This document shows, one piece after another, positions 11,426 to 21,500 of a stretch of 64,000 bases of DNA. The position numbers and the translations under genes were made by a program. The stretch's first letter is position 1. Each line of letters opens with the position of its first letter. The notes below the pieces were generated by a model. It did not search any database and had not been told where the DNA came from. It saw nothing but the letters and a program-made list of their open reading frames with translations. Origin of the DNA: Dimorphilus gyrociliatus (lineage: Eukaryota; Animalia; Annelida); contig CAJFCJ010000021.1 of assembly GCA_904063045.1 (NCBI GenBank), positions 682,001 through 746,000 on the forward strand, given 5' to 3'.

Positions 11426-12100
11426 TTAAATATTGTAATTATCGATAATCTGCGCCATTTCCTCAGTTTGTATTTGCAATAGACGTGCAACACCAAAGTT
11501 TAGATAGAAGAAATCGTAATCTGGACTATAACTATTAACATCCTTAATTATAGGATTAATGGTTAAAGTCGATTGATATGTAAACATATAATGAAAACGT
11601 TTGTTAATAAGATTTAAATTTTTCAGGGCATAAGTTTGAATAAAGCATAAGTAATTCTTGTAAAACTCTATATAATGATTACAATAGTAATGACATATGT
11701 TATTTTCACTCTTCTCGCAACTAAACAAAAAACCATCGGAGGTTATATTCACCATTTCTTCAATTATTCTCTTATAAATTATTAATTGATTTAATAATTT
11801 GTTTACATCTTCATCAGTACTATTTCCACCGTTGTATCTTATAGGTTTTGGTAGATGTATATCTAATAGAATTTCGTCGCTAAAATCTTTACAAGCGTCA
11901 TTTTTCGTTAATTTTTTCTCTTCTCCCATTTCGCAATTTACGTAAAAAGGCGTTAAAACACTTTTAGTTTCTTTCCATAAATTTAACGAAATCTTTTCGT
12001 AAGATTCAAATATTGTATTTAAATCATTTCTATTCCAATTCTTGCTTTCGATTGTAAGATTTTCAACAATTAACAAACTTATTACGATAAACTTTAACAT
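11426..12100 (-). CDS. Intronless predicted secreted protein B, 224 aa; paralog of protein A, putative long-chain four-helix cytokine
   Basis: 675-nt ORF from ATG 12100 in very AT-rich DNA. Signal-peptide-like MLKFIVISLLIVENLTIES. Cys at 56, 70, 128, 136, 140, 152. Aligns without gaps to protein A over aa 70-159 with 22 identities. Sequons N93-S-T and N118-I-T. TATAAAA at 12183-12177 and CCAAT at 12344-12340 on the minus strand. Confidence 0.85.
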   Translation of the reverse strand: MLKFIVISLLIVENLTIESKNWNRNDLNTIFESYEKISLNLWKETKSVLTPFYVNCEMGEEKKLTKNDACKDFSDEILLDIHLPKPIRYNGGNSTDEDVNKLLNQLIIYKRIIEEMVNITSDGFLFSCEKSENNICHYYCNHYIEFYKNYLCFIQTYALKNLNLINKRFHYMFTYQSTLTINPIIKDVNSYSPDYDFFYLNFGVARLLQIQTEEMAQIIDNYNI

Positions 12101-15100
12101 TCTTCTCTTTATTCTTTTTCTGCTTATTACCTTTAACAAACTCTTTCTTATGCTTCTACGAACGAATTTTCTCTGATTTTATAGGAATTTGAGGGAAGTA
12201 TTCTTGTTTTTCTTATTGATTTGATAAATAATCAATAGAACCCAAAACCTGGTAGCTGGTATCCTTCTGTCTTCATTTACAATTGAAACTGTTCATTTAA
12301 AAAACCAGATCGAAAGCAACCATTTCAAGACAGGGAATGATTGGCTGACAAGTGAAATAGAGGAGAGGAGAGAATGACACATCTCAGAACTTGAATATAA
12401 CTAAAAGAAACATAACTTTTTTTATTATTGAAATAATCATATGTAGTAGTTATATAACTATTATAAATTATTATAAGAATGTATTGATAAGTAAGTTATT
12501 TACTTATTAACCAATCATTTAATCAGTAAATGTTTTTTTTATCTAAATGAATATATTTGGACAAAGGAAAGACTTTTTTCTTTTATTTCTAGGAATAGAT
12601 TCGTCCAATTAGAAACTTTCCTTTGTTTTTTTTTACCAAGTAGTAAAGCTGTATATTATTATAAACATAAGTGTTAAATAACTGTACTAATATGTATTTT
12701 ATGTTCTCTCATTCTTTTTCTCTATCTATCTATCTTTTAATAAATTCTGGAATTTCGACTAGTCATCCAAAAGAGAGAGATAAAGGGATAATATATTTTC
12801 AATCAGATAAAATGATAAACAAAAAAACACTTAGAATATATCTAATATTTTAAATTTATTAATAATTTCTCCCTTCTCTTTCTGCATTTAACAATTTGAT
12901 AAGAGGGAAAAAGCAAACAGTTTGACTATCTCAATACTTTTTTCTTTTAAAAAACAAACAAATCTATGAAATTCATTAATAATTATCCATTTTTACGTTG
13001 CCATAACAAAATATATTAGCGTTTATTCAAGTGAATTTGTACTACTTCTAAATATTCTTTGCTCTATTAAATACTCTATTTTAAATCAATAAAAACAACT
13101 TTAATAAATAATAATAATCCTCTTTAAAAAATTAGTCAAGAATCACTGCGTAATTGTATTAGAATAGAATAGTTATTTACCTCTCTATTTAATAAATCCT
13201 TTATTCGAATCAATTGTCAATTTGAACATAACAAATATAATAAATTAGTTGGTTTCTAATTAAGGGGAAAGAATAACAAAATAGATCGTCTGCATATAGT
13301 CAGTGAATGGTAGTTGAAAGGAAAAACATAAAAATAAGGTATGTTCATACAATTCTACGTTTTCTCATTAGTTTATTCATTTTTGGAAAACCAAATTTAG
13401 AATAACCAGAAAGAAGTATATTTCATCATATACATTTATAAAACAGTATATATGTATATATATGTATATACTATACTGTACTTCTTAAAACGGAAAATGT
13501 TCAACAAACAAGTAGTCTTTATTGCGCAACATTAAACATCTGGTATGCGCAACAACAATGAGTTAATAACAAACGTCTTTTATTATACAAATCCACTAGT
13601 GTTAGTCTATAGGTTAAAGGTCTATAAAATAAATGATTAGTCTTTGAGGGGATCTTGCAGCGTAAAATATTGTTGAGGGGCTCCATATGGCATAAATGGT
13701 GCATCTAGTAACATTTTATTCCCTCAGTGAAAGAATGGATCATAGTCCTTTTTGTAAAGTTGTTAGTATTTTGTTATTTACCACTTGTAGGGGTAAAATT
13801 CATTATCATTCTTGACACAAGTCTATGGGGGATTTGCCTTAACTCACCACCAATAGAAAAAAGCTGTTGTCACTTCCATTAGATGGCACAACTAGTACCA
13901 CAAGCAGAATAAAGTGAAACTATGTAGTACAGTACGACTAATATAATGAAAATATACTAAAGGGAAGGAAGAAACGAAGAAATATTGGTATATATATATA
14001 TATATACAGTGTATATATAGAGAGAAAAGACTAAAACATTTGGAAGAACAGGATAAAGTATAAAAGTAAGGATAGCAAAAAAAGAGAATAGGGAAAAGAA
14101 GAATGAAAGAGGTGGAGAATTTCATCAAGCCCAACAAATAGTCAATTAGTTATTTAGACGGTTGAAAATCAGCAATAAGACCCTTTTCGATCAGAGTCGA
14201 GAAAATAAGCGGCTTTTCTAACCGACTCGAGATATATAATCGATTTCCGGACGTAAATATCGATCGATGAAACGGAAAGGATCCACTCATTTTTTAACAG
14301 ATGGAGCTATATGTATCGTGCTAACGTATCCTGTCAAATCCAATATATCTTCGTTTCTCTTATTCCTTTAATCTTATCTTACTACAAGTCACGGTTCGCC
14401 TTTACTTCCTACAATATTTTATCATTTAACAAGTGTTAATTTTTACAAATCAAATCCATAGATATGTTTTTATAGGTCGGTTGGTTAATCTAAGAGATTA
14501 TCTTTTATCAGCTCTATTACAAGCTAATATTGGCTGAAAATTCAATAATTAATCCTTTAATATACACCTTTTCATTCGAGTGTGGAAAGTGTAAAAATGG
14601 GTGCCTAATCATATCGAGTATTTAGAGAAAGCCTCTTATCTCACCAGTTAATTTGACAACACGATAAGCAGCTCTAGGTTAAATCAGTAAGTGTATATGA
14701 TCTATACATACAAATGGAGATATATTATTGCACATATCATTATGTGTACACACAGTACAAAACACATAAGTGAATGAATGTCTAAAATGTCTATCTGAAC
14801 AAGAAGAAAGCATTATATGTGAAGTAGTACTCGTGTAGTAAAATGACTTTGAATATAATATATATACTGTATGTATATATAAAATAATATATATATATAT
14901 ATACAGTATATAAATATAGAGAGAGTATATGCATATTTATAATTTATGTAATTTATCGCCTGCCCGCGTTTCGTCGATAAATCGACAATGATATACTAAC
15001 GTTCGGAAGTAATTATTTCTGTCTATTGAAACACATTTTTCGCATGTTTGTAATCTGGAATTGACTGGATTTTAACTAGGACAAGAAAAGGCTTAACATT

Positions 15101-18100
15101 TGGCAACATTTTCATATTTTAAAGAGCAGAGAAGAAGGAGAAAAAGAAAAACGTTATAGAAATCTTTAAGATTAAAAGGAGTAAATAACTTAGGAGAAAT
15201 CTTGCAAGAAATATTACCAAACCATAACCCTAATCGGAAAAATAGATGTCGCTTTAGTTTTATGTAGTTTTCCCTCATGTGCAGTTAATTTGATTTTATT
15301 ACTACGCTACTTGCATCGTCGTTTTGCAGTTAAATTTATATATTGATATACATGCTTCTTTCTATTTTACTAATAAATAACAGTGTAAAAAAAACTGCAG
15401 CAATACAGCAACACATATATACAATATTAATATTTACATATTACCAAGTATTCATAGATGGTAAACTTTGAAATACATATTGACTGTTTAATTGATTCGA
15501 TATAGGGAATTATATTTATACTGTTTAAACTTGAGGGTGTAATGTATATAGCTTCTTTTTTCTCTACTCTTTTTTCAATAGCTATTTACAATAAATAGAT
15601 CCAACTAGTACAATAACAATGGCAACTAATGAAATGAAGCGCTAATGCACACGACAATGAAAAGTAAATGATATAATTCTTTGTTAAAAGTCCTAAAGTT
15701 TCATTTCAAACAGATAAACCTCTCTTTCTCTCTTTCTTTCTTTCTTTCAATTTAACATCAACGGCTAAAATAGCACCAATATCAATAGAAACTAGAAGAA
15801 CAGCCCTAGTTTTTTTCCTAACCAAAAACATGTGTCAACAAAACTCTAACTAGATTCGTTTCTAAAAAATTTGTAACTAACCTATTAAATGAGAGAGAAA
15901 GGAATGATTTGAGAAAGATAGAGAGAGAGAGAGAGAGGGAAGAAAAGAAAAAACAAAATATGTTACACTATAAATGATTTAAATAACATTTTTTGTACAT
16001 TTATTTAATAAAAATAAATAGATAAATATGACTTTTAGTTTAAAAGATCTAGAAAACATTCCATCAGTTAAAGTATGTACTATTAAATGTTCTGTAATTT
16101 ATTTATAAACAATATATTATATACAATATACAATATGTTTATAAACTATTAATACAGTATATTGTACAAGTACAAGTATATAATTTGCAGTATAACAAAT
16201 ATAAATATACATCCTACATTTAAAAAGATTTATATCTATATTTCATAAATCTGTATAAAAACCTTAAAAATTTATAAAAAATATGGCTTTGTTTATAAGT
16301 ATCATATAAATGAACATGTGTGTGTATATATATATATATATACACACCTACACACACACACACACACACAGACTCTCTCTCTCTCTCTCTCTCGCCATAG
16401 TATATGCTTTATACTTTATTCTTAACTGTATGTTTTCTTTTTTTTTTATCCTTAAAAACCCATTAAGAACTACTATTTTGATTAAATAAAAGAATAAAAG
16501 AGGCGAGTAAAGAGAAGAGGAAATCCCTACTGCAATTCGTGCTGTGTCGAGAAATCTGCCGGTGTTACGGATATAAAATCAAATAGGAGCAGATGTTGCC
16601 ACTTTTCTAACGGAGTAAACAATTAGCAATACATACATAAAGTGGTGATCGGGTTAAATTCGTAAAATTAATAATTTTTCAATTAATATCTAAAAGTCTT
16701 CCACCTTCGTAGATATTTAGAATTGAAGATAAAGTAAATATAAAAAAATCATAGTTTCTTTCTCCTTAATTGAAAATCAACAAAACAGAATAAAAAAAGA
16801 AAAGCTTTTATAAACGATAATTTATATTGCAACTCCTAAACGGTCAAGATAGGCTTTAGAGTAATGGGAAAATCTCTTATAGAATCTTCGTTAATTATCT
16901 CTTTCTTTTAGAAACGGTTTTAATCGAAAACAGATGTCGTTAGTATCTTTGCATAGAAAAGGGGGCGGTTTCTGGTAAACAATTAGCAGCGTGAACACGT
17001 AATCCGGCCAGCAATAACTGACAGCGTTTCCGAATTAAACGCCGTTGGAAAAAGAAAATACGGTCCGACAATCCTAAGAGGCGCGTAAGAGCGTCACCTA
17101 GCAAGATAAATTACTTTACAGTTGCCCCTTTGCCTATAGTTTTCTTCCCTGTTGATTGTTTTCCTACAGCAACACTACTACATAAAACAAGTTGAAGATA
17201 AGATAAGGAAGCGAAATCTTTAGTTTTCTGCCTAGGGAAAAGAAAACCATCTTTTATTAAGTTGAGAGAAAAGAGAGAGAACGATAAGGAGATTACATAA
17301 TATAGAAATGTACAGTATTTACATTTTTATATGTATATATAAAGAAAGTGCTTGTAGTTCTTTCTATAAGTGTTAAATAGAATATAAAGGGAAAAGCTTT
17401 AAAAAAGGAAAGAAATGAAAAAAACTCCATCAAGCGCAAGAAAAAACCGCGTAATCTATTCCGAGGGAAAATAGCACCGCAAAATGTGACTGGAATACTG
17501 CAATCACGCCGAAAGTATTTATTGCTTTCGCACACAAACCGCTTTCCTCAAGACCGTACACATACACTCCGTTAAGTTTTAAAGCCAGTGTGGACTATCA
17601 AACAAAGTATTTTTACGGTCGCTTAGACGTCTATCTATCAAACACCGTAGTCGCCAGACTAGCATATAATCTCTCTTTGCAGTAGAGATGCTTAATCCAC
17701 TCTGCTCTGAACTAGCCTTGTAGTAGCATTGACTCTTTTTTGCAGTGCTATTGCTAGATAAACCAACCATACTTTAATTCTGCGCTTGGCGTGTAGACAA
17801 CTCGCTACATACCCTATCACGACAGGTGCGTATTACAGCCGCCAGATGTCGTTGTTGTCTTCTTTTTGCTCTTGTCTCATCTTATTTAGAATGTTATTTA
17901 GTATACTTATAAACTTCATTATTGTATTAAGCGTAAAAATACGTATAAAATATGTATCTTTATGGTAAAATTATAGTTTGTTCCATGTTATTTATTAGTG
18001 TGAAAGTTTATTCAGTAAAGTAGAAAGAGTAGAGTGGTAGGGGATTGTCTATTAAAAATCTTCTCCTTGTTTCTTGACCCTTTTAAACATAGGGGTCTAA

Positions 18101-18544
18101 GGGGTTAGCTCTATCGATTGATAATCCTCTCTATACTTTTTCGTTGCGACCTAATTAACGCCTAATTAACGACGTTTTTTTTTATCGTAAGCTAAAGCGT
18201 AAATAATAAATGACTCTCTTCTCCGTTAATCTCACTCGATAGTCAGGTGAGAGCAAATAAGTCGATTTGTATACGCATTTATTAAACGTTATCAGTTAGT
18301 AGCGACATGTTGGCTCTTTATAACATAATTTATTCAATTATTCGATTATTGTAGCGAGCAAAAAGTCATCAAACACATGTAGATATATATTTATATGTAA
18401 TGTATATATATATATATATATATATCAAAATCTATACACTATATACTATACAGTAGTAATAATGCTAAATAGATATGCATATAAATGCGCAATATTATTT
18501 ATACTTTATATATTTATATATGAAATCATAGAAATCATACGCCG

Positions 18545-18562
18545 CAACGCCAGATGGCGTTG
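18545..18562. promoter_or_regulatory. CTCF-like site embedded in a perfect inverted repeat (CAACGCCA-GA-TGGCGTTG)
   Basis: CGCCAGATGGCG matches the invertebrate-type CTCF core (YAGRTGGCG). It is one of a cluster of similar motifs at 16.9-19.5 kb. Confidence 0.55.
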
Positions 18563-21500
18563 AGTAGATTTTTTTTATCACAGCAGACAAAAATCTTCTC
18601 CCCTTCTATTTTTACGATTTTTTACTAATTTTGTAGAAAAGAGCGTCAGATCAATATCAAATCCGGTCGAGCAGAAAGAATAGTCGACGCAGGCGTCTCC
18701 TTTTCTTTACCCTTTCCCTCTATGCTTTTCCCTTTTAACACTAACAGACGATGCTAAGTTTCCGCCCTTATATTACGCTTATATAATTGTATGTGATTTC
18801 TCATTTTGCGTATGCAATCCTAAACACCTGTAATAAAGAGTAAAGAGAGTCAACTTTTGACGTTATAGACGCTTTTTATGGCATTTTATGGTTACGCAAT
18901 CGATCGCTATTCTAGTCACGTATTAGAACGGAAAATATTATTCGGAAAAAAAAATTGGACGGTATCAATCGGCTAATGCGACACGGTCGATTATTTTCAT
19001 ATTTTTGCCAGTCTAGATGGCGCCAAGGCATTATGGGGGTTAATTTGACAGATCTGTTTTGAGAGTTTCACGATATAGCGCTTTCTCCCAACTGTCAATC
19101 TGTGGAAAATTGGGAAATAGTATTCGGATTATAAACAACAATTGTATAAAGCTTATAACTTTACTGATAAAATTTACAACTTATCCTGCCCCCTTCCCTT
19201 TCCCCACCCCGCCAAACGTTCGCCTTCCGCCCTTTCATTTTGTTTTCATTGCTTTTCCTATGAATTTATAACTATTTAGCTTTTTACAAGTATATATATA
19301 TATATATTACATAATCTTAGTTAGTGGTTAAATTGCAATATTTAAGTAGGCCTAATCACCTTGGGATAACGATCGAGGTTAGGGATAAATCTTCAGTAAA
19401 AGAGAGCCCAAGGACCTTCCCGTTGACTTTATTAATATATAGACAATTTAGTCAATTTTGCGTTACAAATAGATGGCAGTAGTGTTAAATCCATAAGCAT
19501 AATATTAATAATGATAAATATAGTACAAAAGCAGTTTTATTATTATTATTATCATTATTAATTTTTATTTTTTTTAAAAGTCTCTCTTCTTTCAATCAAT
19601 CCATTTCCTTCTTTCTTTCTGTCTTTCTATCATTGCTGTTTAGTTTGGTTAGATGTTGCTTCTTCTTCTTCTTCTTCTTCTTCTTCTTGAAAATAGAAAA
19701 CAAAAAAAAAACACTTTTTATTATAAGATTGATTGTCAACTTGAAACCAAAACAAGATAGAAAAAATATAAATTAATTCTTTGCATAGAACAACAGAACA
19801 ACATAAAACAAGAAGAACAGGAGAGAAAACAATTATATAATTATCAATTAATTTATTACTTTAAATAAGGGAATCTTGTCAAAATCTGTAATCATCGTTG
19901 TAGCGTTAAGAGCGATAAGACAATAAAGCTGTTAACGGAAGTAATCGACCTCGACAACATTCTAATCTCACAGCGGTTTTACAAGCTGTCTTTGTACATT
20001 ATATCCTTACGCTTAATTTACAATCATAAATATAAATTCTTCTATTTTTTTTACAATTAGAGAAATGGTGTTTAAATATGAAATATACGTTTTTGTTAGA
20101 AAACAGTAGTAATCATAGTAAAGACCATAATAATAACAACAGCAATACACTTAAATGTATTTATTTATGATTATATACAATATATATATAACGCTATTGG
20201 CTCATTAAGCTCGACTTTTCTTTATTCCTTTTTGATCTATTACGTAAAAATAATCTTTAAGATGTATTGATTGACAAACTTTTGTATGTAGAGACTAAAT
20301 ATATACAAGTACACCGTATATAGGTATAGTCTACATTTATATAAGACTAGCTAAACCTATAAACAGATCTTTATATCTGTGTATATCTCCTCGCCTATCT
20401 ATGTATACATGTATGTACAAGTATATAGAATCTATCCTTAAATTCCTATTTAATATATAGTACGAAATATATACTCATCATATTCATCCGTCAATAATCC
20501 TCCTAATAAATTTTATACTTTTTGTATAAAGTAAAAGATCAAGTTGATAAAAAAGAAAAAGTAAAAGTCAGATGTTATACGCTTTGGCAATATATATCTA
20601 TAGCTGTAAGCGCTCATGGGACTTCGCAAGCTGTCTCAGTAAATTTCTCCCCTAATTACCGAAGCTAATAAATTAATTAGGGGGACGACTTCAGTAGTTT
20701 TTGTTTTCTTTTATTCTTTTTCGTTTCTGATTTAAACAAACAAACAAATAAATAAATAAACAAATCAACAGCAACAGAATCAAAATCAAAATAATATAGA
20801 CAGATATCGGCATAAAGAATCAGAATAAAAAGTCTCTATCGACCTTACAAATAATAATAATTGTAGTAATGATAATAGCAATTACGATAGTCTTTTTTCT
20901 ACTAATTAGGAAAGAAAAGAAAACGTGTTAATGAATTAATTAAGTGGGCGTTGATGAACCATAGAGAAAGCGGCATATGTGTATTATTAACCATTTTTTC
21001 TTCGTTTATAATTATAATTATTTCCCTTATTTTGAAAGCCTATATACAATCTTAAAAAGTTTGTTAAGCTGCTTATTAAGTGTATAAAGTATATAGTGTT
21101 TATATATATATATAATATATATATATAAATAGTATATATAGATTTTAAACGATGGACACAGTATGACCTTTAGAGTTAAGTACCTGATGATATCGTTTAA
21201 AATTCATTTATCGTGTATTATTTCTGATTAGGAGGTGAAGCAAAATAAAAAGTGTGAATGGGAAATGTTTATGGTCAATGAAAGACAAAGATAAGTATAG
21301 ATAAAGATTTATAGTGAGGAAGGACGAAGGGGAAGAGGGAGGATGAAGGGGGAATTAGAGAAAAGAAAAAAAAATCATGTATTCGTCGAGAGAGGCGAGA
21401 GAAGGAAACTGATTAGATAGACTTTTGGATATGGAGTATATCTATATATTATATACATGTCTATATATACCGTATATACTGTGTATATAAACAATTAAGA

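Noticed and set aside
13637-13747. In-frame TGA read-through (DYDPFFH-TGA-GNKMLLDAP...) as a possible selenoprotein exon
   Set aside because: No SECIS-like element is visible downstream, there is no redox motif, and the acceptor lacks a pyrimidine tract.
21185-21232. C/D-box-like TGATGA...CTGA
   Set aside because: Only ~45 nt apart, with a 3-bp terminal stem and no internal C'/D' boxes or recognisable rRNA antisense element.
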